Below, piece by piece: positions 11,405 through 20,385 of a stretch of DNA of 64,000 nt. Position 1 is the stretch's first letter. The number at the start of each line of letters is the position of its first letter. Source of the stretch: an uncultured Gemmatimonadales bacterium (GTDB taxonomy: Bacteria; Gemmatimonadota; Gemmatimonadetes; Gemmatimonadales; GWC2-71-9); contig CAWJIM010000023.1 of NCBI GenBank assembly GCA_963842945.1, positions 456,032 through 520,031 on the forward strand, given 5' to 3'. The notes beneath the pieces were generated by a model. It did not search any database and was not told the DNA's origin. It saw nothing but the letters and a program-made list of their open reading frames with translations. The position numbers were made by a program, and so were the translations under genes.

Positions 11405-11937
11405 GTCTGCGGCAACTGCACCTCCTCGGCTCACCGGTGCTGCGGCAGCATAGCGAGATCGTGCCGTCGATAGATGAGGACGTACGCCGCCTTATTGCCG
11501 ATATGTTCGAGACCATGGATGCCGCCAAGGGCATCGGACTGGCGGCCAATCAGGTCGGTGTCGCCCGCCGAGTGGCGGTGGTGGACGTAGACGATGATCG
11601 GTTCGTCATGGTGAATCCCCGCATTGTGGAGACCGAGGGGCGGGCATCCGCCGAGGAGGGCTGCCTCTCGATTCCGGAGATTTATGGCGATGTCACCCGG
11701 CCGGACCGGGTGGTGGTCGAGGCGCTGGACGACGAGGGACGGCCCTACCGGAAGGAAGCCACCGGGCTGAAGGCCCGAGCCATTCAGCATGAGATCGACC
11801 ATCTGGATGGGATCCTCTTTCTCGACCACCTGAGTTTGGTGAGGCGGCAAATGCTGCTCGCCAAGTGGCGACGCGAGCACAAGGACGACGCGGGATTCAC
11901 GAAGGAGGTCACCGGAGCGTCTCTCCGGTCGGAGTGA
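11401..11937 (+). CDS. def: Peptide deformylase
   Basis: GIGLAANQVG, EGCLS, QHEIDHLDG. Confidence 0.97.
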   Translation: MSLRQLHLLGSPVLRQHSEIVPSIDEDVRRLIADMFETMDAAKGIGLAANQVGVARRVAVVDVDDDRFVMVNPRIVETEGRASAEEGCLSIPEIYGDVTRPDRVVVEALDDEGRPYRKEATGLKARAIQHEIDHLDGILFLDHLSLVRRQMLLAKWRREHKDDAGFTKEVTGASLRSE

Positions 11938-12860
11938 TGCGGATCGTCTTCTTTGGGACGCCGGAGTTTGCCCTGGCATCCCTCCGGGCGCTGCTCCAGA
12001 GCCGCTTCGAGGTCGCCGGTGTGGTCACCCAACCTGACAAGCCCCAGGGACGCTCCCGTTCTGAGCTCGTACCCCCTCCCGTGAAAGTTGTAGCACAATC
12101 CGAAGGCCTTCCCGTGCTGCAACCGGTTCGGCCGACGGGCGATGTTTTTACCGCCAGTCTTCGCCGGCTGGAGCCTGAGCTCGGCGTCGTGGTCGCGTAT
12201 GGTCATATCCTCCGACCCGAGATCCTGGCCCTACCGCCGCGAGGGATGATCAACGTGCACGCCTCGCTGCTGCCTCGGTTCCGAGGAGCAGCTCCGGTGC
12301 AGCACGCCATCTTGAAAGGGGAGACCGAGACCGGGGTCAGTATCATGCAAATGGAGGCAGGCCTCGACAGTGGTCCCGTCCTGCACCACGTCGGCGCTGC
12401 GATTGAACCCGGTGAGACCGCGGGCTCGCTTTCCGTCCGCTTGGCCGACCTCGGAGCCACGGCGCTGATCGAAGCCTTGTCCCTGATGTCCGCTGGCCTT
12501 GCCCGTCCACAGCCACAGGATCCCACCCGCGCGACGTTCGCGCCGAAAATTGACCGGGACATGGCCCGGCTCTCCTGGGCCATGGACGCGACGACGCTGG
12601 TGCGCCAGATTCGCGCCTTCGACCCGGCACCCGGAGCTTGGACATCGCTGAATGGGTGCTCCCTCAAGTTGTTTGGCGCGCGCGAGGGGCCAGGAACCGG
12701 AGAGCCTGGAACCGTTCTCGCAGCGGGAGAACGGCTCGTGGTTGCGGCCGGACGGGGAGCCGTGGCGGTGCAGGAGGTTCAGCCTGCTGGGCGGGGCCGG
12801 CTTGCAGTGGATGCCTGGGTCCGGGGCCGTGGAGTGTCACCGGGCCAGCGTCTCGAATGA
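11937..12860 (+). CDS. fmt: Methionyl-tRNA formyltransferase
   Basis: RIVFFGTPEFA, VVTQPDKP, NVHASLLPRFRGAAP, GLDSGP. Confidence 0.97.
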   Translation: MRIVFFGTPEFALASLRALLQSRFEVAGVVTQPDKPQGRSRSELVPPPVKVVAQSEGLPVLQPVRPTGDVFTASLRRLEPELGVVVAYGHILRPEILALPPRGMINVHASLLPRFRGAAPVQHAILKGETETGVSIMQMEAGLDSGPVLHHVGAAIEPGETAGSLSVRLADLGATALIEALSLMSAGLARPQPQDPTRATFAPKIDRDMARLSWAMDATTLVRQIRAFDPAPGAWTSLNGCSLKLFGAREGPGTGEPGTVLAAGERLVVAAGRGAVAVQEVQPAGRGRLAVDAWVRGRGVSPGQRLE

Positions 12861-13481
12861 GACCATTGCCGCGGGTGCATGCCTACACTAACGCCGAGTT
12901 GCTGTCCCACCCCGATTTGGGCATCCGGGCGGCGGCCATCGCAGCCGGCGGATCGGCTGTGGCCTTGCACGCCCGGGCCAGGGGTGAGAGTGCGGCCTTT
13001 CTCATTGCGGCTGCGCGCCGGCTGCTGGCGCTGTCGCGGCCCCCGAAGCGGCCGTGCTGATAAGCGGAAGACCCGATATCGCCGCCGGGGTGGGCGCCCA
13101 AGGCGTGCAGCTGGGGCGCGATGATATCAGCCCTGCCGATGCTCGCCGGGTACTGACGCAAGGCTGGATCGGACGTTCGGTTCACAGCAGGGAGGAGGCC
13201 GCTATCGCGGTTGGGGAAGGCGCAGATTTCCTCGTGCTCGGGAGCATCTATCCCACTACCTCCCATCCTGGCGGAGCCGGGCGCGGGGCCGGATCTGGTG
13301 CGCCAGGTCATCGAGTCTGGAAGTGCCGGTCATCGCCATCGGAGGCATCACGCCCGAGCGGGCCTGGGAGGTGCATTCCGCCGGGGCCTATGGTGTCGCC
13401 GCCATCACTGCCCTGTGGAATGCTTCAGATCCAGCCGCGGCGACACTCGCTCTGCTGGAACCCTGGGTCAACCAGCCATGA
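12857..13481 (+). CDS. thiE: Thiamine-phosphate synthase family (ThiE/TenI); about three frameshifts (~13045, ~13270, ~13310)
   Basis: Fragments across frames: GVQLGRDD, IGRSVHS, ADFLVLGSIYPTTSHPG, VPVIAIGGITPE, AGAYGVAAI; lies next to thiS-thiG. Confidence 0.8.
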
Positions 13482-13687
13482 ACGAAATGGACATCATCCT
13501 CAACGGTGAACCGCGCCGGGTGCCGAGGCCCTCCAGCTTGGCCGACCTGCTGCAGCACCTCGATCTGGACCCTCGTACGGTGGTGGTCGAGCTCAACCGC
13601 TCCATCGTTCGTCGAGCCAATTTGACTGCCACGCCGCTTGCCCCGGGAGACAGCGTCGAGCTGGTGCACTTCGTCGGCGGGGGGTGA
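13478..13687 (+). CDS. thiS: Sulfur carrier protein ThiS
   Basis: 69 aa; LNGE, VVVELN, C-terminal VHFVGGG. Confidence 0.93.
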   Translation: MNEMDIILNGEPRRVPRPSSLADLLQHLDLDPRTVVVELNRSIVRRANLTATPLAPGDSVELVHFVGGG

Positions 13688-13739
13688 CGCGCCCCCCGGT
13701 TATCTTTCGGGTATCGCCGCGCAACCAAGGACGCCTCAG

Positions 13740-14543
13740 ATGACCAGTACGATCTCCGCCCCATCCGCCACCGACCTTCCTCTCACCATTGGCGGACGCA
13801 CCTTCCGATCTCGCTTGATGGTGGGCACCGGCAAGTACCGGGACAATCGGGTGATGGCCCGCGCCATCGAAGCCTCGGGCGCCGAAATCGTCACCGTGGC
13901 GGTGCGCCGGGTAGACCTCGACCGCACCAAAGAAGAAGGGATGCTCTACCACCTCTCCAGCGAGGAATACTTCCTCCTGGCCAACACTGCCGGCTGCTAC
14001 TCGGCCGACGAGGCAGTGCGTTACGCCCGGCTGGCCCGGGAAGCCGGATTCAACGAGTTCATCAAGCTCGAGGTCATCGGCGACCGGGAGACCCTGCTTC
14101 CCGACACCGAGGGGTTGCTCAGCGCCGCCAGCACACTGGTCAAGGAAGGTTTTGCGGTGCTGGCCTACACCAATGACGACCTGATTACGGCGCTGCGGCT
14201 GGAAGATGCCGGCTGTGCCGCGGTCATGCCGCTGGCCTCTCCCATCGGGAGTGGTCTCGGTCTGCTGAATCCGTACGGCATCAGGACCATCAAGCGGCGG
14301 CTCTCAGTGCCGGTGATCGTCGATGCCGGCGTCGGGACCGCATCAGATGCGTGCCTGACCATGGAGCAAGGAGTGGACGGCATTCTGATGAACACGGCGT
14401 TGGCCGAGGCGGAGGACCCCGTCTCCATGGCCACCGCAATGCGTTATGCTGTCGAAGCCGGCCGTTTGGCCTTTCTCGCCGGGCGCATGCCTCGCCGGGA
14501 GATCGCGATGCCCTCGAGTCCCACTCGCGGAATGCTGGAGTAG
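13740..14543 (+). CDS. thiG: Thiazole synthase
   Basis: [43 protein letters not shown]. Confidence 0.96.
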   Translation: MTSTISAPSATDLPLTIGGRTFRSRLMVGTGKYRDNRVMARAIEASGAEIVTVAVRRVDLDRTKEEGMLYHLSSEEYFLLANTAGCYSADEAVRYARLAREAGFNEFIKLEVIGDRETLLPDTEGLLSAASTLVKEGFAVLAYTNDDLITALRLEDAGCAAVMPLASPIGSGLGLLNPYGIRTIKRRLSVPVIVDAGVGTASDACLTMEQGVDGILMNTALAEAEDPVSMATAMRYAVEAGRLAFLAGRMPRREIAMPSSPTRGMLE

Positions 14544-14569
14544 CTCGGCTGTCTCCCGTGGTGAATGCA

Positions 14570-15874
14570 ATGGGTGAGTCGGCCGGCATCCGGCCGCGGC
14601 GGGCAGCACTGGAAATTCTGGAGCACGTCCGTGACGGGCTCACGTTCGAAGCCGCCTTGAGTGACGGGATAGATACGCTGACCGAGCCCGATCGCCGGCT
14701 GGCCCACGAGCTGGCAGCGGGGGTACTCCGGCAGCGAAGCTCGCTCGACGCCCGGCTGGCCGCGTTGGTGAATCGGGACTGGAGTCATGTCACTGCCGAG
14801 CTGCAGGACATCCTCCGCCTGGGGGCCTATCAGATCACGTCCCTCGAGCGGGTGCCGGCCCACGCTGCGGTGGACACGAGTGTCGAGCTGGCCAAACAGA
14901 GTGGCGGAGCCCGCGCCGCCGGCTTTGTCAACGCGGTGCTGCGCCGGCTCACCCGCTCGGGCCCAGAGATTCTCCCAGTGCCCCGGGACCCCGCCGAGCG
15001 GCTGGCGGGCGAATATTCCCACCCCCTTTGGCTGGTCCGGAAGTGGGTGAACGCCTTCGGAATGGAGCAGGCCGAAGCACTGCTCCGATGGAACAATTCT
15101 CGTCCGCGGCTGGTGGCCCAGCCTGGGCGACAATCTCTGGCAGAGCTGGCAGAAGCCTGGAACACCGCGGGACTGGAATTCGAGCCTGCTCCGTACGACG
15201 CGGGTCTCGTCGTCACCCGGAGCCGTCCAGCCGAGCTGCCGGGATATCGTGAGGGCAACTTCGTCATCCAGGATCCGGCTCAGGCTTTGCTGGTGCAATT
15301 CGTGGATCCACCACCGGGTGCCACCGTATACGATGCTTGCGCCGCTCCGGGCGGAAAGACCATTGCATTGGGCCGTCGGGCTGCCCGCGTAGTTTCGGGA
15401 GACATCAATCCCCTGCGGGTTCGCCGGCTCAGGGACAACGTGCGGCGAGCCGGCACCGGCCGTGAGCACGTCATCGTCGCGGACGCTCGGCAACCGCCGG
15501 TACGACCCCTGGACATCGTTTTGCTTGACGCCCCTTGCCTGGGAACCGGCACCGTAGCCCGCCATCCCGATGCGAGGTGGCGAATATCGCCGAAGGCGCT
15601 GAAACACGTCGTCGAGCTTCAAGCCGAGCTCCTCGACAGCGCGGCGGCCACAGTGAGTCCCGGCGGGTTGCTGATATACTCGACCTGCTCAGTCGAGCGG
15701 GAGGAGAATCTGGAGCAGGTGGAGCAGTTTCTGAGAGGGCATCGGGATTTTCGCCGGGAGGCAGCGCGGGACTTCCCACCCGAGCTGCTGTCGCCCGAGG
15801 GCGATCTGCTGATTCTGCCGCAGCTTCACGGCATGGACGGGGCGTATGCAGCCCGTCTTCGTCGATCAGGATGA
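14570..15874 (+). CDS. rsmB: 16S rRNA m5C967 methyltransferase RsmB (Sun)
   Basis: NusB-like N-terminus (GFVNAVLR), QD, DACAAPGGKT, LDAPCLGTG, YSTCS. Confidence 0.92.
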   Translation: MGESAGIRPRRAALEILEHVRDGLTFEAALSDGIDTLTEPDRRLAHELAAGVLRQRSSLDARLAALVNRDWSHVTAELQDILRLGAYQITSLERVPAHAAVDTSVELAKQSGGARAAGFVNAVLRRLTRSGPEILPVPRDPAERLAGEYSHPLWLVRKWVNAFGMEQAEALLRWNNSRPRLVAQPGRQSLAELAEAWNTAGLEFEPAPYDAGLVVTRSRPAELPGYREGNFVIQDPAQALLVQFVDPPPGATVYDACAAPGGKTIALGRRAARVVSGDINPLRVRRLRDNVRRAGTGREHVIVADARQPPVRPLDIVLLDAPCLGTGTVARHPDARWRISPKALKHVVELQAELLDSAAATVSPGGLLIYSTCSVEREENLEQVEQFLRGHRDFRREAARDFPPELLSPEGDLLILPQLHGMDGAYAARLRRSG

Positions 15875-16446
15875 GAGCCCGCCGCCACGTTACGTCAGGG
15901 GTCCCGCTATTTAAGTCCGCTCCCTGGCGCGGGTTTCTCCGAGATATAGGGCTGATCCTGGCTACCTTCATCGTTGGCTATGGCATTTCTGCCTTCTGGC
16001 TTACGCCCGGATCGGTGTTCAGCAAAAATCACTCATTGCCGCGGGTGCTGGAGATGCCGGAGACCAAGGCCCGTCAAAAGCTGACCGAGCTCGGCTTCCG
16101 GCCCCGGATCGAAGGAGAGCGTCCGAGCGATGCGTTTCCATCGGGCACCGTGATCTGGCAGGATCCTCCTCCCGCCACAGTGTTGGAGCCCAATACGGTG
16201 ATCCAGCTAGTGGTGAGCACCGGCCCCACCCTGGTGGCCGTACCCGATGTGATTGGACTCAATGTGCCGCAAGCTAGCAAAATCCTGACGGCGGCTGGTG
16301 TGCGGGTGGGAGCCGTGGATTCGACGGCCGGTGGGCGGGAGGCGGGAGTGGTTCTCGCCACCCGGCCGGCTGCAGGGATCGGCCGGCCTCGGAATACTGC
16401 GGTTGCTCTGGTGGTCAGTCGCGGCGACGAAGCGGTCTCGCCATGA
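15871..16446 (+). CDS. Membrane-anchored PASTA-domain protein (two PASTA repeats, no kinase domain)
   Basis: One TM helix, then G.VIWQDPPP...LVVSTG and VPDVIGL...LVVS repeats. Confidence 0.85.
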   Translation: MRARRHVTSGVPLFKSAPWRGFLRDIGLILATFIVGYGISAFWLTPGSVFSKNHSLPRVLEMPETKARQKLTELGFRPRIEGERPSDAFPSGTVIWQDPPPATVLEPNTVIQLVVSTGPTLVAVPDVIGLNVPQASKILTAAGVRVGAVDSTAGGREAGVVLATRPAAGIGRPRNTAVALVVSRGDEAVSP

Positions 16447-17108
16447 GCGTCATCATCGCCCCCAGCATCTTGACCGCCGACCTGGGTCGCCTTCGAGAGG
16501 AAGTGCAGCAAGTCGTGGCTGGCGGCGCCGAGTGGCTGCACATCGACGTCATGGATGGACACTTCGTTCCCAACCTGACCTTCGGCGCACCGATCGTGCG
16601 TGCCCTCCGCAAGATTACCGACCTGCCGCTCGATGTGCATCTCATGGTTGAGCGGCCGGAATATTATCTGGCTGAATTCGCCCAAGCCGGAGCCACGGTG
16701 TTCACCATTCACCCGGAAGCCACGGTCCACGTGCAACGGCATCTGGCCGCCGCCCGGGAGCGCGGGATGATGGCAGGGCTGGCTCTCAACCCATCGACGC
16801 CGGTGAGCATCGTGGAAGAACTGCAGGACGACATCGATCTGGTTCTGGTCATGTCGGTAAACCCCGGGTACGGGGGACAGAGCTACCTGCCGCACTCCAC
16901 CGAGAAAATCCGGCGGGTGCGCGGTCTGCTGGATCAACGCGGCAGCCGTGCCTTGCTGGAAGTGGACGGCGGGATCACGTCCGAGACGATTGCGGAGGCG
17001 TGGAGCGCTGGAGCCGATACGTTCGTCGCGGGTACGGCCGTGTTCGGGAGCTCCGATCCGGCCCAGGCCGTACGCGAGCTGAAGCGGCAATGTGCGGTTC
17101 GGGTTTAG
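16443..17108 (+). CDS. rpe: Ribulose-phosphate 3-epimerase
   Basis: IAPSIL, HIDVMDGHFVPN, DVHLM, MSVNPG, EVDGG. Confidence 0.97.
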   Translation: MSVIIAPSILTADLGRLREEVQQVVAGGAEWLHIDVMDGHFVPNLTFGAPIVRALRKITDLPLDVHLMVERPEYYLAEFAQAGATVFTIHPEATVHVQRHLAAARERGMMAGLALNPSTPVSIVEELQDDIDLVLVMSVNPGYGGQSYLPHSTEKIRRVRGLLDQRGSRALLEVDGGITSETIAEAWSAGADTFVAGTAVFGSSDPAQAVRELKRQCAVRV

Positions 17109-17112
17109 CTCC

Positions 17113-17652
17113 ATGACTCGCCCCTGGCTGCTGGTGGGTCTGGTCGTGAGTAGTCTGGCCATCGGCGCGACCATCCTGACGAGATACGGTCCTAACATGG
17201 AGCAGGTTGCGGTGGGGGCCAGGGCGCCAGACTTTCGCGCCGTAGACCTCGCCACCGGCGATTCGGTCAGTCTCCGAAGCCGTTACCGGGGAGCAGTCAC
17301 CCTGGTCAACGTGTGGGCCACCTGGTGTGAGCCCTGCAGGATCGAGATGCCCGCCATGGAGCGGCTGTACAGTTCACTCGCTCCTCATGGATTCAGGATT
17401 GCCGCCGTGAGCGTCGACGAGGGGCCACCCGAGGATGTCCGGGCCTTTGGCCAGGACCTTGGCCTAACCTTCGACCTGCTCCAGGATCGGAGCACCAAGG
17501 TGCAGCAGATCTATCAGACCACGGGGGTTCCGGAGAGCTTTCTGCTCAATCGGGACGGCGTGATTGTGAAGCGCGTGATCGGCGCCCACGATTGGAACTC
17601 GCCGGTGAATCGCACGCTGATCACGCGACTCCTCGACGAGACTGGGCAATAG
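17113..17652 (+). CDS. TlpA/ResA-type thiol-disulfide oxidoreductase
   Basis: N-terminal anchor, NVWATWCEPC, GVPESF. Confidence 0.9.
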   Translation: MTRPWLLVGLVVSSLAIGATILTRYGPNMEQVAVGARAPDFRAVDLATGDSVSLRSRYRGAVTLVNVWATWCEPCRIEMPAMERLYSSLAPHGFRIAAVSVDEGPPEDVRAFGQDLGLTFDLLQDRSTKVQQIYQTTGVPESFLLNRDGVIVKRVIGAHDWNSPVNRTLITRLLDETGQ

Positions 17653-17653
17653 A

Positions 17654-18727
17654 ATGGCCCAGCTGGTACTCGGCATCGAGACCTCCTGCGACGAGACCTC
17701 CGCTTCGGTGGTCCGTTGGGAGAACGGTGTTTCCTCCCTGGCTTCCCTGATCATCCTCTCTCAAGATGTCCATCGCATCTTCGGCGGGGTCGTTCCCGAG
17801 CTGGCCAGCCGCGCGCACGTGCAGGCCATCGGATCCGTGGTCGAGCAGGCGCTGAGAGAAGCCGGTCTTGGCTTTCCGGACCTGGATGGCATCGCCGTAA
17901 CCGCCGGTCCCGGATTGGTGGGGGCTCTCCTGGTCGGAGTGATGTACGGCAAGACGCTGGCATTCAGTGTCGATCGCCCGCTGATCGGGGTCAATCACCT
18001 GGAGGGACACCTCTTCGCGCCCACCCTGGAAGATCCGGAGTTCGAGCCTCCATTTATCGGACTGTTGGTGAGTGGCGGCCATACCATGCTGCTCGACGTT
18101 CCCCAGTGGGGAGAATACCGCCTGCTGGGACAGACTCTCGACGATGCCGCGGGTGAGGCATTCGACAAAGTGGCCAACCTCTTGGGGCTGGGCTATCCGG
18201 GAGGAGCAGCGATCGAACGCCTGGCCCGGGAAGGGCAGCCCGGCCGCTTCCGCTTTCCCAGTCCCATGCTGCAGGAGCTCGATCGCGAGGGCGCTAACCG
18301 CTACGCCTTCTCCTTCAGCGGCCTGAAGACGGCAGTGCTCCGGACCGTTCGGGGCGACGCCAGCGGCAATCACTCCACTTCCCCACCCAATCCGGCCGAT
18401 GTCGCACGAGGATTTCAGGATGCTGCCATCCAGGTACTCGTCGCCAAGACGGCGCATGCGGTCGAGGCGAGTGGGTACGGCCGAGCTATGGTCGGAGGCG
18501 GCGTCGCCTGCAATCGCGCTCTGGTAGCCCAACTGCGAGCGCGACTGGCGGGACAAGCCCGGGTCAGCGTAGCTTCACCGCGGCTCAACACCGACAATGC
18601 CGCCATGATCGCCGCTGCGGGAGCCTGGAGGCTTGCCCGGGGCGAGCGGAGCGGCCTCGATCTCGAGCCTCGGGACGATCTGCCACTCCCTGGCTTGGCC
18701 TTCCACTTACCTGGATCCGTCACATGA
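17654..18727 (+). CDS. tsaD: tRNA N6-adenosine threonylcarbamoyltransferase
   Basis: GIETSCDET, GGVVPELASRAH, NHLEGH, VSGGHT, DDAAGEAFDK, TDNAAMIA. Confidence 0.97.
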   Translation: MAQLVLGIETSCDETSASVVRWENGVSSLASLIILSQDVHRIFGGVVPELASRAHVQAIGSVVEQALREAGLGFPDLDGIAVTAGPGLVGALLVGVMYGKTLAFSVDRPLIGVNHLEGHLFAPTLEDPEFEPPFIGLLVSGGHTMLLDVPQWGEYRLLGQTLDDAAGEAFDKVANLLGLGYPGGAAIERLAREGQPGRFRFPSPMLQELDREGANRYAFSFSGLKTAVLRTVRGDASGNHSTSPPNPADVARGFQDAAIQVLVAKTAHAVEASGYGRAMVGGGVACNRALVAQLRARLAGQARVSVASPRLNTDNAAMIAAAGAWRLARGERSGLDLEPRDDLPLPGLAFHLPGSVT

Positions 18728-19575
18728 CCATCCACCCGTTCATCATCCACCTGGGCCCGCTCGAGGTCACGGGGTACGGGCTGATGCTGATGGTGGCCTT
18801 TCTGATGGGGGGCTGGCTGATCGCCCGCCAGCTTCGAGAGCGTCAACTCCGGGAGGAGTATGCCGCTGACATTGTGGCCGCCGCCGTCATCGGGGGAATC
18901 ATCGGTGCGAAACTCTGGTATGTCGCGCTCACCCGAGACCCCGGCGCCCTGTTCTCCCGGGGTGGACTCGTATGGTATGGCGGGTTCATCGGCGGAGCTC
19001 TCGCGGTGATGCTGAATGGCTGGCGCTTGAAGGTGCCCCTGCGATGGACCATGCAGGTCGCAGCTCCAGCATTGGCGGCGGCGTACGCGCTCGGCCGGGT
19101 AGGGTGTTTTCTGGTGAACGACGACTACGGAAGACCTAGCAATCTCCCCTGGGCGGTGCGCTTCCCCGAGGGGCTGCCGCCGTCGACTGCCGGAAATCTG
19201 CACCAGCTCTTTGGAGTGCCGATTCCGGCGGGCACCGACCCCTCCACGGTCCTGGCCGTCCATCCGACTCAGCTGTACGAAGTGGCGGCCATGCTGCTGG
19301 CCTTTGGCGTCTTGTGGGTCCTGCGGAAGCAGGGCAAGCCGGTCGGCTGGCTTTTCGGCTTATACCTGGTCTTTGCGGGAGTGGAGCGCTTCCTGGTCGA
19401 GATCGTGCGGGCCAAGGACGATCGTTTTCTGGGACCCTTCACCCTGGCTCAGCTGACCAGCGTGATTCTGGTGGCTATCGGAGGAAGCCTGCTAACGCTT
19501 TGGAGAACACGAGAGGGCCCGCTGCCCGGCTTCTATCTGGAAACTGGCAGGAAGCCCCCGCCGTCAAAGATCTAG
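18724..19575 (+). CDS. lgt: Prolipoprotein diacylglyceryl transferase
   Basis: YGLM, GGLVWYGG, GRVGCFL, HPTQLYE, RFLVE. Confidence 0.93.
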   Translation: MTIHPFIIHLGPLEVTGYGLMLMVAFLMGGWLIARQLRERQLREEYAADIVAAAVIGGIIGAKLWYVALTRDPGALFSRGGLVWYGGFIGGALAVMLNGWRLKVPLRWTMQVAAPALAAAYALGRVGCFLVNDDYGRPSNLPWAVRFPEGLPPSTAGNLHQLFGVPIPAGTDPSTVLAVHPTQLYEVAAMLLAFGVLWVLRKQGKPVGWLFGLYLVFAGVERFLVEIVRAKDDRFLGPFTLAQLTSVILVAIGGSLLTLWRTREGPLPGFYLETGRKPPPSKI

Positions 19576-19721
19576 TCGCCTGCACAAGCACGTAAGCACA
19601 GACAGCTTAGTCCATTCCTCGAATTTCCGTACAGCATCTTTACGACTTTTTGCACTCCAGCACCTTCCCATCTTCCCCGCTAAGTAACTCAGGCGTCGTT
19701 GCTTAGCCCAGATGAGCCAAA

Positions 19722-19737
19722 TGGCACTAGCCTTGCT
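19722..19737 (+). promoter_or_regulatory. Sigma54 (-24/-12) promoter
   Basis: TGGCAC-TAGCC-TTGCT matches TGGCAC-N5-TTGCW exactly. Confidence 0.75.
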
Positions 19738-19747
19738 TTACTAATGC

Positions 19748-19890
19748 CCGGGAAGCCCAAGGGCTTCACACGAAAGTGGTAGGTCGAAGAAGGGTGGAGC
19801 GGGCACTTCGGCCCGTCTCCGTAAACTCAGGGGGCGATCTACCACTCACTTACGCAAACGGCCCGTCATCTGACGGGCCGTTTGCATTTG
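19748..19890 (+). ncRNA. Candidate sigma54-dependent small RNA of unknown family
   Basis: Begins ~12 nt after the -12 element; three hairpins; no meaningful ORF; ends in a 15-bp terminator hairpin. Confidence 0.6.
19854..19890. terminator. Intrinsic terminator, possibly bidirectional (sRNA and rraA)
   Basis: gcaaacggcccgtca-tc-tgacgggccgtttgc perfect 15-bp inverted repeat followed by atttg. Confidence 0.75.
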
Positions 19891-19902
19891 CTCCGCGAGG
19901 CG

Positions 19903-20385
19903 TCAGGCTAGCAGATCTCGCTGGGCTACAATAATCCCGTCGCCGTCTGCATAAAGAAACGAGCCAGGGAGAAATGCCACTCCAGCAAAGGTAAGCGGGG
20001 TTCCTCGGGTGCCGGTTCCCTGTTTGCCGCTCCGGAGCGGTACGCTGTTGAGGGCCCGTATTCCGACCGGGATTTGACTCAGCTCCGCCGAGTCCCGTAC
20101 GCTGCCATTGATGACCAGTCCCGCCCAGCCGTTCGCGTAAGCCACGCCGGCAAGCCGTCCCCCCACGAGCGCGCAACGACGCGAGCCGCCACCGTCGATT
20201 ACGAGGACTCGCCCCCCTCCAGCGGTCTCCAGGATCTGCCGAACGAGCGCATTGTCCTCAAATACGCTCAGGGTCTCGATCGGGCCGCTGAACTTCGCCA
20301 GGCCGCCATACTCCCGAAACTCCGGCTGGGCAACCTGCACCAGCTCAGGGTAGCCATCGCACAGATCAGCGGTGGTGAACTCCAC
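19903..20385 (-). CDS. rraA: RraA family (RNase E regulator / HMG aldolase)
   Basis: TADLCD, FEDNALV, VIDGGGS, GSVRD, YADGDG. Confidence 0.92.
   Translation of the reverse strand: MEFTTADLCDGYPELVQVAQPEFREYGGLAKFSGPIETLSVFEDNALVRQILETAGGGRVLVIDGGGSRRCALVGGRLAGVAYANGWAGLVINGSVRDSAELSQIPVGIRALNSVPLRSGKQGTGTRGTPLTFAGVAFLPGSFLYADGDGIIVAQRDLLA

Noticed and set aside
12857..13481. Programmed frameshifting in thiE or the other broken genes
   Set aside because: No slippery heptamers or consistent signals; multiple scattered indels fit sequencing error better.
13688..13739. TPP riboswitch near the thi genes, and a cobalamin riboswitch before pduO (39522-39634)
   Set aside because: The intervals are short and lack the conserved aptamer motifs.
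19744..19782. Mini-ORF MPGKPKGFTRKW at the start of the candidate sRNA
   Set aside because: The ATG lies upstream of the expected sigma54 start site and has no RBS.
19748..19890. Identification of the structured RNA as tRNA, SRP RNA, 6S RNA or a riboswitch
   Set aside because: No cloverleaf or T-loop, no SRP domain IV motif, shorter than a typical 6S rod, and no downstream same-strand gene to regulate. An Rfam search is still needed.
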